Origin: Gammaproteobacteria bacterium
GTDB taxonomy: Bacteria > Pseudomonadota > Gammaproteobacteria > Eutrophobiales > Eutrophobiaceae
NCBI GenBank assembly: GCA_965243205.1
Contig: CBDEUK010000002.1
Coordinates: 993,589-1,057,588 of the forward strand
Direction of reading: 5' to 3'
Length of the DNA: 64,000 nucleotides
Positions 55,195 to 64,000 of this stretch are shown piece by piece (position 1 is the first letter of the stretch; each line of letters begins with the position of its first letter). The position numbers and the translations under genes are program-made. Below the pieces are notes generated by a model. The model saw nothing but the letters and a program-made list of their open reading frames with translations. It was not told the origin of the DNA and ran no database searches.

Positions 55195-55383
55195 ATGACG
55201 AAGAAACTTTTATTGCTTGGCTTATTAATATCATCGAGCCCACTGTTTGCACATGAAACAAGCGGAGTAAATTTACATAGCCATTTGTTAATGCACTTTA
55301 TTCAATATATTGCTCTAGCACTGGTTATTGGCTTTGGTATATATAAATTAATGAAAACGAATAATAAAAATTATAATGAATAA
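55195..55383 (+). CDS. small membrane protein (62 aa)
   Basis: AAAAGGAAAT RBS; signal/TM segment plus a second TM. Confidence 0.4.
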   Translation: MTKKLLLLGLLISSSPLFAHETSGVNLHSHLLMHFIQYIALALVIGFGIYKLMKTNNKNYNE

Positions 55384-55831
55384 CTGGAAAACAAATGGTG
55401 TTCAAGTTATTAGCAAGGATAATTTGAGCTGTGAAACAGCCCAAACTGAAGGAATGAAAAGGGCAATGGCAATATCGGAATCAACTGTAGGCTCATCAAA
55501 AATCTGGGCAGGTACCGTCACTATCTCACCGAATACTAAGACAGGTGCTCACCATCATGGTGAATTAGAAAGCGTGATCTATGTGATTAAAGGCTTAGCC
55601 CGTATGCGCTGGGGTGAAAAACTAGAATACACTGCAGAAGCAGGCCCAGGAGATTTTATCTATGTTCCACCATACGTACCTCATCAAGAAATTAATGCAG
55701 GAGATACTACACCATTAGAATGTGTACTAGTGCGAAGTGGCCAAGAAGCTATTGTGATTAACTTAGATATAGAACCTGTTGAAGAACCTGAGAATGTTTG
55801 GCGTGATGGTTTTCACGACAAGGAAAAATAA
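55376..55831 (+). CDS. cupin domain protein
   Basis: HHHGELESVIYVIKG...FIYVPPYVPH cupin motifs. Confidence 0.7.
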   Translation: MNNWKTNGVQVISKDNLSCETAQTEGMKRAMAISESTVGSSKIWAGTVTISPNTKTGAHHHGELESVIYVIKGLARMRWGEKLEYTAEAGPGDFIYVPPYVPHQEINAGDTTPLECVLVRSGQEAIVINLDIEPVEEPENVWRDGFHDKEK

Positions 55832-55922
55832 ACTCGATTACTTAAATAATTTATAAGTCCTATCCTTCTTTCACAAAACCTAACACCCTTGTAATAATAT
55901 AAAGGGAACAATAATAACCACC

Positions 55923-57368
55923 TTGCAGTCATACTCGCGTCCTAACATTTATCTTTGGAGCGATGCAATGTCTCAATTCGGTCGACGCTTTTTGTTTGTA
56001 AGCGTACTTTTCTTCTGGTTTACAAACACTCAGTTACCCGCATACGCTGCGACTGGCGCATCAGCCACGACCGAACTAGCACGCAAAGCATTGCCTCGGG
56101 GTAGCGTAAAAGACTTCGGCCCAGCTCCTAAAGTTACCAACGCACCCTTATCTAAAAAAACACAACAAGCGCTTGATACTGTCTTCGCTAGCTTAGATAG
56201 TAATGAATGGTCTCAACCACAAATTGATGCATTAAAAACCATCGTAGAATCGGAAGATGTTAGATTAGCCTGGTTGATGGCCGATCTTATGCGCTTCATT
56301 ACGAGCCGTGAAATCAATGATGAATTAATCAGCACTGCTGACAAACTGTTGGGTAGTAATTTCAAAGGATTCGATCAATGGAGTAAGTTAACAGAAGCTT
56401 TGATTGCCTGGGACATCCCTGCTCCACCCAACTACTTAAAGTACAAACGCCAACTGTTTACAACAGCATTACCTGCATGGGAGCCGCTTTTTATCGAAGG
56501 CGATATAGACTGGCGACATGTCACCTGGGGTGGAGTCCGCATTGACGATCGTGAATATGATAAAACAGATGAAGCTTGTAATTGCATTCCAGCTGCAGAT
56601 AACCCAGAAGTCACGAATGCTAAAGAAGCAACTTGGTTAGAAGATGATGACATAGTTTTTGGTATAGAAGTTAATGGTGAGTATCGTGCTTATCCGCGCC
56701 AGATTATGGAAGTACGCGAAATGGTGAATGACACACTTGGCGGTCGTCATCTAGGTATTCCTTATTGTACTTTATGTGGCGCAGCCCAAGCCTGGTTCAC
56801 TGACGATGTACCAGAAGGTGTTGAACGACCTGTGCTTCGAACATCAGGCTTATTAATTCGATCCAACAAAGTCATGTACGATTTAAATACCATGTCTGTA
56901 CTGGATACGTTTCGTGGCAATGCAGTTACAGGGCCTTTAGCCAAACGTGGACTTCAACTCAAACAAGCCGCTGTTGTCACAACCACCTGGGGTGAATGGA
57001 AACGTTCACATCCAGATACCACAGTTCTTATAGAAGAACTTGCACTTGGGCGTGACTTTGACTTTCGCAACAACAGAGATGCAAATGGCCCAATCTTTCC
57101 AATAGGTGACGCCGACCCGCGCTTAGCGGTACATGAAGAAGTACTTGGTATTGTTACCAAGTCAGGTACGCCTTGGGCATTTCATGTGCCTAGCGTGATT
57201 AAAGTGTTGGATGCAGGTGAAGCAGTCACCGTCGAAGATATAAATATCATTCTTGATGCAGGTGGTGTACGAGCCATTAACGATAAAGGTGAATCACTGG
57301 GAACACATCAATCATTCTGGTTTGCCTGGTCACAGTTTTATCCAAGCACTCAATTATGGCCTCAGTAA
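55923..57368 (+). CDS. hypothetical secreted protein
   Basis: 481 aa with signal peptide and a conserved CTLCGAAQ segment. Confidence 0.5.
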   Translation: MQSYSRPNIYLWSDAMSQFGRRFLFVSVLFFWFTNTQLPAYAATGASATTELARKALPRGSVKDFGPAPKVTNAPLSKKTQQALDTVFASLDSNEWSQPQIDALKTIVESEDVRLAWLMADLMRFITSREINDELISTADKLLGSNFKGFDQWSKLTEALIAWDIPAPPNYLKYKRQLFTTALPAWEPLFIEGDIDWRHVTWGGVRIDDREYDKTDEACNCIPAADNPEVTNAKEATWLEDDDIVFGIEVNGEYRAYPRQIMEVREMVNDTLGGRHLGIPYCTLCGAAQAWFTDDVPEGVERPVLRTSGLLIRSNKVMYDLNTMSVLDTFRGNAVTGPLAKRGLQLKQAAVVTTTWGEWKRSHPDTTVLIEELALGRDFDFRNNRDANGPIFPIGDADPRLAVHEEVLGIVTKSGTPWAFHVPSVIKVLDAGEAVTVEDINIILDAGGVRAINDKGESLGTHQSFWFAWSQFYPSTQLWPQ

Positions 57369-57393
57369 AATTAAACGAGTCTATCTCATTTAA

Positions 57394-58341
57394 TTAAATT
57401 GGCATTGCTTCTTGCGACTGTCGTTTAAGATCAGAAATGTTTACTCCCAACATTTTTTTAAATGTTCGTCTAAATGCAGATTCCGATTTATATCCAAGGC
57501 TTTCAACAAAATCTAGGTTAACAGCTTCACCGTTTTTAATTCGCATTGCCGCCATATTCATTCTCCATTTAGTGAGATAATTCATCACAGTATCTCCTAC
57601 CAATTCATTGAAGCGATTAGAAAACGCCGTTCGAGACATACCTACCTCCCTGCCAAGTGAATCAATCGTCCAAGGCTGTTCTGGTTTTGAATGAATACAC
57701 AACATTGCCTTACCAATCCTTTCATCTTTAAGTGCAGTAATCCATTTACATTGTAAGTCATCAGAATTTTCAACCCAGCTTCGAATAGCCTGTATTAACA
57801 ATACATCCGCAAGCCTGGTGATGACAGTTTCACCGCCAATAAAATCACCTGATGCTTCTCTTAAAACTAACCGCACAATTTCGCCCATCATATTGCCAAA
57901 CATATGCTGCTCTTGTTTGATATGAATCAGATGTGGCATTTCGTCTAACAACATCTCACCCGCAGGATGGCTGATCCTCACAACACCACAAAGCAAAGTC
58001 GTCTTGTCGGGTTCTTCAGGATTAATATCCAGTGTTTCATAATGATCGCTCACCTGCTTAATCGGTAATGAAAACAGATCGATCGCTTTTGCCTTTTCCG
58101 AACCTTTAATAACGTGTCCACAAGCTCGGCTGATAAACACCAAATCACCTGCATTTAATTGAATAGAGACATCATTAATTTCCACAACACAGCTACCACT
58201 GGTCACGATATGGAACATACTGGTTCTCTCGAATTCAGGTAACGCCACTCCCCAATCCTCTCCACCAAGCGTAGAGCGACTGTAGTAAATACTGTCCAGT
58301 TTTAGGTAATGAAGAACCTCGTTATAGCTATTCGTACTCAT
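57394..58341 (-). CDS. AraC family transcriptional regulator (cupin sensor + AraC HTH)
   Basis: C-terminal dual HTH (…SLGREVGMSRTAFSNRFNE…LGYKSESAFRRTFKK…). Confidence 0.85.
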   Translation of the reverse strand: MSTNSYNEVLHYLKLDSIYYSRSTLGGEDWGVALPEFERTSMFHIVTSGSCVVEINDVSIQLNAGDLVFISRACGHVIKGSEKAKAIDLFSLPIKQVSDHYETLDINPEEPDKTTLLCGVVRISHPAGEMLLDEMPHLIHIKQEQHMFGNMMGEIVRLVLREASGDFIGGETVITRLADVLLIQAIRSWVENSDDLQCKWITALKDERIGKAMLCIHSKPEQPWTIDSLGREVGMSRTAFSNRFNELVGDTVMNYLTKWRMNMAAMRIKNGEAVNLDFVESLGYKSESAFRRTFKKMLGVNISDLKRQSQEAMPI

Positions 58342-58449
58342 TTTTTTCTATTTTCGTACTATCTGCACTAATAAATGAACCTTAAGGCATTAATAATACA
58401 ATTATTTTATCTAATAATAAACACACAAACTAAACACAGGAGAACATTT

Positions 58450-59118
58450 ATGAAAAACTCAAAGAAAATCACCGTCATCGGCGCCACGGGCGGTTCTGGT
58501 AAAAAAACCGTAGAAACCTTATTAGCGCAAGGTCACCAAGTCACGGCTGTATCAAGAAGTGCCTCAAGTGTCTTTACATCCAATGTAAATTCCATCGATG
58601 GTTCAGCGTTGGACAAAACGGTATTAAGAAAAGCCATTCAAGGACAAGATGCCGTGATCATTACATTGGGTATTAGTGAAAACCCTCTCACGGTACGTTT
58701 TCGTGGCGCACAGAAAACACCACAAAACATCAGAAGCGCTGGCACTCAAGCAGTCATCGAGGTTATGAAAGAAGTCGGTGTTAAACGTTTAATCGTACAA
58801 ACAACTTACGGCTCTGGTCCTTCAAAACATAAATTACGTTTCATGGATCGTTTGTTCTTTAACATATTATTAAAACCACAAATCGATGATACTGAACTGC
58901 AAGATCAGTACGTTCGTGAAAGCGGATTGGATTGGACCATTACCCAACCCGTACATCTTTCGGATGAGGACATAGAAGATGAAAAACTATTTTCATCTCT
59001 GGTCAATGAAGTGGCTAACTGGTCAATCACTCGAACAGTTGTAGGGCAGTTTAATGCTGAAGCGACATTCAATCACAACATGATTGGTAAAACCGTCGCT
59101 TTATCTTCTGCTTCTTAA
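58450..59118 (+). CDS. NAD(P)-binding NmrA/atypical SDR-like oxidoreductase
   Basis: ITVIGATGGSGKK Rossmann motif; SD ACAGGAGAA. Confidence 0.7.
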   Translation: MKNSKKITVIGATGGSGKKTVETLLAQGHQVTAVSRSASSVFTSNVNSIDGSALDKTVLRKAIQGQDAVIITLGISENPLTVRFRGAQKTPQNIRSAGTQAVIEVMKEVGVKRLIVQTTYGSGPSKHKLRFMDRLFFNILLKPQIDDTELQDQYVRESGLDWTITQPVHLSDEDIEDEKLFSSLVNEVANWSITRTVVGQFNAEATFNHNMIGKTVALSSAS

Positions 59119-59200
59119 TACTTAAGTAATATGGATATTAAAAACTAAAAGAGGATTGTATTCATACAATCCTCTTTAAATAAAATGAATCGATACTGAT

Positions 59201-59695
59201 TTAATTTTCTTTTGAAAAATTTCTTCGTCGTACACGATCAACGCGTCGTAAAATTTTATCGTAATCCGTTAACAGATATTCCTCAACTTCCAACTGTATA
59301 GCATCGTCTTCACTAAAGACTTGTTTAAATGCTTCAACTCGGCCGTTGCCTTCAAAACTGATATAACGCCCCTCTTCCTCTTTAATCACTTTAATGCCAG
59401 AAACCGATGGCAAGTAATCTAATAAAGATTCTTTATCCAGTTTACCAATCTTGAGTAATTCATCTTTATGTTTCGCCAGAATCTCTGCACGCTCATTGAC
59501 TTTATCAATCGCGTTTTCTCTATCGATGCAATGGATTGGAGTAATAGAACTCAGCGGAATATACATCATTTCGGTTTTATCCGTATAACGATGAATATCC
59601 GCAATCGCTTTAACCAGTAAGGCATCTCGAAAACGCAAATCCTTTAATTCGGATTTCTTATCATCTAGGTAATCAATGAGGTTTTCTTTAGACAT
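59201..59695 (-). CDS. hypothetical protein
   Basis: 164 aa ORF. Confidence 0.45.
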   Translation of the reverse strand: MSKENLIDYLDDKKSELKDLRFRDALLVKAIADIHRYTDKTEMMYIPLSSITPIHCIDRENAIDKVNERAEILAKHKDELLKIGKLDKESLLDYLPSVSGIKVIKEEEGRYISFEGNGRVEAFKQVFSEDDAIQLEVEEYLLTDYDKILRRVDRVRRRNFSKEN

Positions 59696-59824
59696 ACGCT
59701 AATTATAAAACAGAACTGCCCATATCTGGATATACTAGGACATGTTTTTTTTAATTAAATAATTTTGAACTCTGAATTATATTGACCCATCATATTCAAA
59801 ACACAGAAATTAATAACCTCAGTA

Positions 59825-60661
59825 ATGCGTAGTAAAATCATCATTCCTTTCCTATTTATTCTGATCATCACAGGATGCAGTAAGGCATTTTTTTATAACC
59901 GTCTGGATACTTTGATTCGCTGGTATCTCGATGATTATGTTGAACTGACTGATACTCAACAAATGAGCTTTGACAAGAAATTAGACATGCTACTGAAATG
60001 GCATCGAGAAGAAGAGCTCAAAGTGTATATTGGTTTTCTCGACCAAGTTGAAGAGGATCTCAAGAAAACCATCGATATGACCATTGTGAATAATTGGGAA
60101 GATCAAATAATTCTTGCTTACAAGCGCCTTGAAACCAAAATGCTCCCGTTATTCTATGAAACTGGCGAAGAACTAAATCAACAGCAGATTGATCAATTGA
60201 TTAAAAATTTATGGGAACGTCAAACGGAACTTGAAGAAAAATACTTATCACGCTCTGATGAAGAATACACAGAAATCAGTCATGAGAAGTTAAAAAAGAA
60301 TTTAAAACGATTCCTGGGCCCATTGAATAATGAACAAGATGAAATCATAAAAACAACCATGATATCCCCCAAACGTTTCGACAAAGCTTGGCTTGAAGAA
60401 CGACGGCTCTGGTATACATCACTACAAGAATTACTCAAACGAGAATCAGACTGGCAACAACAATTCATAAAAGCCTATCAAACAAGAATAAAGACGCGAA
60501 CTCAAAACTACAATGAATCTCTGAATTACAATTTGGAAAAGACTAAGCAGGCAACGGTCAAAGTACTAAATTCAAGAACCGAACAGCAGAACCAATACCT
60601 AATACGCGAACTAAATAATTATAAAGACGAATTCAATTCAATCATTGCAGAGAAAAAATAG
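59825..60661 (+). CDS. hypothetical lipoprotein
   Basis: Lipobox ITGC; coiled-coil rich. Confidence 0.5.
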   Translation: MRSKIIIPFLFILIITGCSKAFFYNRLDTLIRWYLDDYVELTDTQQMSFDKKLDMLLKWHREEELKVYIGFLDQVEEDLKKTIDMTIVNNWEDQIILAYKRLETKMLPLFYETGEELNQQQIDQLIKNLWERQTELEEKYLSRSDEEYTEISHEKLKKNLKRFLGPLNNEQDEIIKTTMISPKRFDKAWLEERRLWYTSLQELLKRESDWQQQFIKAYQTRIKTRTQNYNESLNYNLEKTKQATVKVLNSRTEQQNQYLIRELNNYKDEFNSIIAEKK

Positions 60662-60715
60662 TGAATCCACTTTGGTATTAAATAATTAAAGGGCTCAGAC
60701 CCTTTTAATTTCCCA

Positions 60716-61201
60716 CTATATACTTAGCAAATCATCTCTATTGGAATTTCCACCAAAGGTTAAAACACCACTGGTGTAATCAGTACCAAATGTCGCGGCA
60801 AGATTGAACACCTGCACAACAGCACCTCTAATTTGTTCATCATCCAATTTCGATAAAGGATGAATATAGGCAGAATAAACAATATTTTCACTTACCGCAT
60901 ATCGAGCATCCAAAGAGGAGTGAAAATTGGATTCCATGATCTTATCAATTTGCTCTTTTGTAATTTTTGAGTATTCAGCAATAGGAGCGATAATTCGCAT
61001 ACGATCATTTTTTACATCCGAAATAAGATACATAGGCAGGTTTCTAATTTTAAATTGAACCACGCCATTACCACCTTCCGCTTCATCAGCCATCTCTTTT
61101 ACAATTTGTTCCATCGACGCCTGATCCATGACTGAAATTTCCTCAGCATTTCCGTTGATAATAAACACACTTAATAATACTAAAAATACATGCCTTAACA
61201 C
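60716..61201 (-). CDS. hypothetical secreted protein
   Basis: 161 aa with signal peptide. Confidence 0.45.
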   Translation of the reverse strand: MLRHVFLVLLSVFIINGNAEEISVMDQASMEQIVKEMADEAEGGNGVVQFKIRNLPMYLISDVKNDRMRIIAPIAEYSKITKEQIDKIMESNFHSSLDARYAVSENIVYSAYIHPLSKLDDEQIRGAVVQVFNLAATFGTDYTSGVLTFGGNSNRDDLLSI

Positions 61202-61331
61202 TTTACTCTCCTTTTATCGATTTTGATTCAATACCATATAATTAACTATAACGAGTTAATTATATTAAGAAAGTTATTATAATACTTATAATAATTCTTG
61301 CTTTGACGTTAAATATGTACTTTCAGTAGGA

Positions 61332-61589
61332 TTATTTCTTATTTAATTCTTCAATGATATCCATCAACTCAAATGCACAAAATTGCATGATGACGTAAGA
61401 GGCAGGGGAGTATTCAGCGCTTTCCAACTTTTGCGCTAATACAGCCAATCTAGACAACACTGGCTCTACTTTCTTATGACAATATAGCTCTAGAGCATTA
61501 TCAAACACTCGCCTAGCAACGTTTTGGCGAGATAGTAGAACAGCCATGTAAATGGCATCGAAGGCTTGTTCCTGTTGTTCTGAATCCAT
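61332..61589 (-). CDS. hypothetical protein divergent from the XRE regulator
   Basis: Start set at the internal Met (MDSEQQEQ…), which keeps the operator palindromes intergenic. Confidence 0.4.
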   Translation of the reverse strand: MDSEQQEQAFDAIYMAVLLSRQNVARRVFDNALELYCHKKVEPVLSRLAVLAQKLESAEYSPASYVIMQFCAFELMDIIEELNKK

Positions 61590-61630
61590 TCTGCCTTTCC
61601 TTACATAAATATATTTGTGAAAACTACAAA

Positions 61631-61677
61631 TAACCCACATATGGGTTAAAGATTGATTTATAACCCATATATGGGTA
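61631..61677. promoter_or_regulatory. pair of palindromic operator-like sites (TAACCCAcatATGGGTTA and TAACCCATATATGGGTA)
   Basis: Read from the sequence. Two near-identical 17-18-bp palindromes about 30 bp apart. They lie between divergent genes and overlap the XRE gene start. Confidence 0.55.
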
Positions 61678-61880
61678 AAGATCAATACAATTTCAGAGCA
61701 AAACTTGCTAAGAATTTAAGAGCGATTAGAGGAGATTCTAATCAAAAAGATTTTGCTAAAAAGTTAGGTATTAGCCAATCAACTTTAGCTCGTATTGAAA
61801 GTGAACAACAAAATGTCAGTATTGATATGCTCGAACTAATCTGTAAAAGATTAAGATGTCAGCTCAGTGAAATTCTATAG
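61671..61880 (+). CDS. XRE-family helix-turn-helix transcriptional regulator
   Basis: …LRAIRGDSNQKDFAKKLGISQSTLARIESEQQNVSIDMLELICKRL… is a typical Cro/C1 HTH. Confidence 0.7.
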   Translation: MGKDQYNFRAKLAKNLRAIRGDSNQKDFAKKLGISQSTLARIESEQQNVSIDMLELICKRLRCQLSEIL

Positions 61881-61912
61881 TTAATAAAATCATACCTCAG
61901 ACTTTGCCTCCA

Positions 61913-62353
61913 TTAATCTACTACTGGTAATAATAAGCTATCATCCTCACCCAAAGAAAATGAACAAACCCGACGAGCTATCTCTGCCGCGATGCTTGTA
62001 GGAGGAATATTAAACATTGTAATACCATCGAAATATTTTTTCTCAAGCAGTTGTCCTTCTTTCGAATATATTTCTATATCGATAAGTGCCCATATGAGTT
62101 GAACACAATCAATTCTAACTGTCATGATTGATGACCAGTGTTCTTGAGTAAAATGTGGATTTATGAATGGATAATTATATTCAGATAAAAACGTTGCCTG
62201 TACTAAATTATCTTTTTTAGAAATGCTAGATATATCTACAAATCTGCTCATTTCTGGCCCATCGTAAGCTAGCAACCATTCTGGACCTCCACAAGAAGAA
62301 AGTATAAATATAGAAAGGTAAAAAATATTTTTCCGAAATTTATAATTTTTCAT
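61913..62353 (-). CDS. hypothetical lipoprotein
   Basis: Lipobox ILSSC; 146 aa. Confidence 0.45.
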   Translation of the reverse strand: MKNYKFRKNIFYLSIFILSSCGGPEWLLAYDGPEMSRFVDISSISKKDNLVQATFLSEYNYPFINPHFTQEHWSSIMTVRIDCVQLIWALIDIEIYSKEGQLLEKKYFDGITMFNIPPTSIAAEIARRVCSFSLGEDDSLLLPVVD

Positions 62354-62394
62354 ATAAGACTAATTAAATAGATTTAATCTATTGTGATTTTATT

Positions 62395-62925
62395 TTATAT
62401 CTTATGTTTTCGAACTTTAGCGGTAGTTTTTTTTAATGATTCAATAAGGGCTAAGACAAAAGACACATCATAGCTAAGAGATTTATGTTCAAAAGAATAA
62501 CGCCATTCTATGAATGCATTACTTATTTCATTTAATTTATCAATGAATCCATCGTATTTACTGTAGTCACGATTAAACCTTTTGGTCGAAAATATATTAC
62601 CTTTTGTATAGAATTGATTTAGGCTGATTGAATCATCAGAAAATACTTCTTGTTGGATTTCTTTTGGTAATTTCTCAAAGAGTTCATATATACTGTGTTT
62701 GTGTGGAACCTTTCCATCTAGTTCATAATGAAGAGCTTTAATATAAAGCTCAACTGAAAAAGCCAAGCAAACAACATCAACTCCCATGATAGGTAACACA
62801 CCAAATGCTTTTAAATCAGAAGGATATTGTGATAATTTTTTTTCTCTATTAATCAGATCTTCATTACTTTCTTTCAATATTTGAAAAGCATTTAGAAAGT
62901 ATTCGGCATATGTTTGTAATAACAT
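62395..62925 (-). CDS. hypothetical protein (possible HEPN-like Rx4H motif near C-terminus)
   Basis: 176 aa; the EWRYSFEH segment fits Rx4-6H. Immediately downstream of the RT-Toprim gene. Confidence 0.4.
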   Translation of the reverse strand: MLLQTYAEYFLNAFQILKESNEDLINREKKLSQYPSDLKAFGVLPIMGVDVVCLAFSVELYIKALHYELDGKVPHKHSIYELFEKLPKEIQQEVFSDDSISLNQFYTKGNIFSTKRFNRDYSKYDGFIDKLNEISNAFIEWRYSFEHKSLSYDVSFVLALIESLKKTTAKVRKHKI

Positions 62926-63008
62926 TACTTAATTCTCACTATATATATTAAAGGAACACGAATTTAATTTTTTTATTCTAACCCTCAATTCTTACAACTA
63001 TAGTTTCA

Positions 63009-64000
63009 TCAAGCATTTATGATTTTATTAATAATATCTAATATCTTTTTAAAGTTAGTAAATTCAATATTATTTTGATTTTTTCTAATTACTTCATGTG
63101 AAAAGATGTGTTTACCATATTCATTTGTTTCATCAAAAGGGATGTTGTAATTAAAGCTTTTACCTGAAAGCTTTAAATCCATCCATTTTTTATCAAAATA
63201 CTGCTCTATAACAGTATTTTTATTATTTAACTTTGGTATTAAGAAAAAATATAGATTTTCATATACATTTATGAATTCAGAGCCACTAGATGATATTTTA
63301 TATTTTTTATATATTGTTCTTTCTATATCTCTTCCAGCATCGTCATTATCTGCAATAATAATAACCTTTTTTTTATGAGACATATCTTTAAATTGTCTAA
63401 TTGCTTTATCATACTGACTAACAAATTTTTTTAAATCTCCTACTCCACCACTCAATTCTAAAATTCTTTTATTAGTATTTGTATAATTAAAAAATACTAA
63501 TTTATTTTCACCTTCTATAAGTGAAGGATATAGATTACGTAAAGACTTCAACGCACATTTAATATAAATATTATCAGTTTTTCCTTCACATATTATTATT
63601 GGTTTCTCATTTCTGAAAAAATATTTATAGAATAAAAATTTTTTAAAAACCCTTTCTCTTGAATTAAGAATATATTTGTTTTTTTGTTTATTATTGGAAT
63701 CCATATCATTAATGTAATTAAAGTTATCGGATTGATATATAAAACTTAATCTTCCATGTAATTTTTCAAGAGTTCCTTTTTCATTTTCTTTTTTTACTTT
63801 CCCATTATCATCTAAAGTAAGTTTTGGGTAGAAATATTCCCCAGTCTCGAAGACCGAATGACACATGGCTCTTACATTTTTCCAATACTCTTTAGTAGAA
63901 TTTATTTTTTTATTAACTACCAAGCCTGTCACATCCTGTCTAGACCAATAATATTGCATTCTTGTTTTTAAAGAATTTATTTTGAAATCAGCCTTGTAAA
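63009..64000 (-). CDS. C-terminal part of a retron/Abi-type reverse transcriptase fused to a Toprim-like domain; N-terminus lies beyond the window edge
   Basis: Frame stays open to position 64000 (…YKADFKINSLKTRMQYYW…). RQDVTGLVVN matches the thumb motif of bacterial group-II/retron-like RTs. Downstream, a conserved Glu (IIICEGKTDN) and a DxD (VIIIADNDDAGRD) sit ~90 aa apart, as in Toprim/OLD domains. Confidence 0.5.
   Translation of the reverse strand, partial: YKADFKINSLKTRMQYYWSRQDVTGLVVNKKINSTKEYWKNVRAMCHSVFETGEYFYPKLTLDDNGKVKKENEKGTLEKLHGRLSFIYQSDNFNYINDMDSNNKQKNKYILNSRERVFKKFLFYKYFFRNEKPIIICEGKTDNIYIKCALKSLRNLYPSLIEGENKLVFFNYTNTNKRILELSGGVGDLKKFVSQYDKAIRQFKDMSHKKKVIIIADNDDAGRDIERTIYKKYKISSSGSEFINVYENLYFFLIPKLNNKNTVIEQYFDKKWMDLKLSGKSFNYNIPFDETNEYGKHIFSHEVIRKNQNNIEFTNFKKILDIINKIINA

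Overview
AT-rich gammaproteobacterial chromosomal segment (marine Alteromonadales/Vibrionales-like by gene content; not identifiable more precisely from sequence alone). The first ~27 kb is conserved core: a partial aldo-keto reductase, purB, roxA-like oxygenase, purL, smrB, an rpfG/rpfC/rpfF-like HD-GYP / hybrid kinase / crotonase signalling cluster, ispF-ispD-ftsB-eno-kdsA-pyrG, a ClC channel, fhs and a SulP transporter. From ~28 kb to the end the content is accessory. It includes tag, GNAT and nucleotidyltransferase genes; a dense tandem array of at least 8 tRNA and tRNA-like genes (30063-31135); an SPFH - HslV-like peptidase - RtcB RNA ligase operon directly downstream of that array; an AAA+ ATPase / GspF-like / PghP-like trio; a BLUF photoreceptor; split mnmC-like genes; a TonB receptor; many lipoproteins; and, at the window edge, a partial retron/Abi-type reverse transcriptase-Toprim gene next to an XRE switch with twin palindromic operators. 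Most array members encode CCA. Several have degenerate T-loops or lack a T-arm, and three share a covarying extra hairpin module. The most interesting candidate is this tRNA-like array together with the adjacent RtcB operon, read here as a possible tRNA-repair or tRNA-decoy island.
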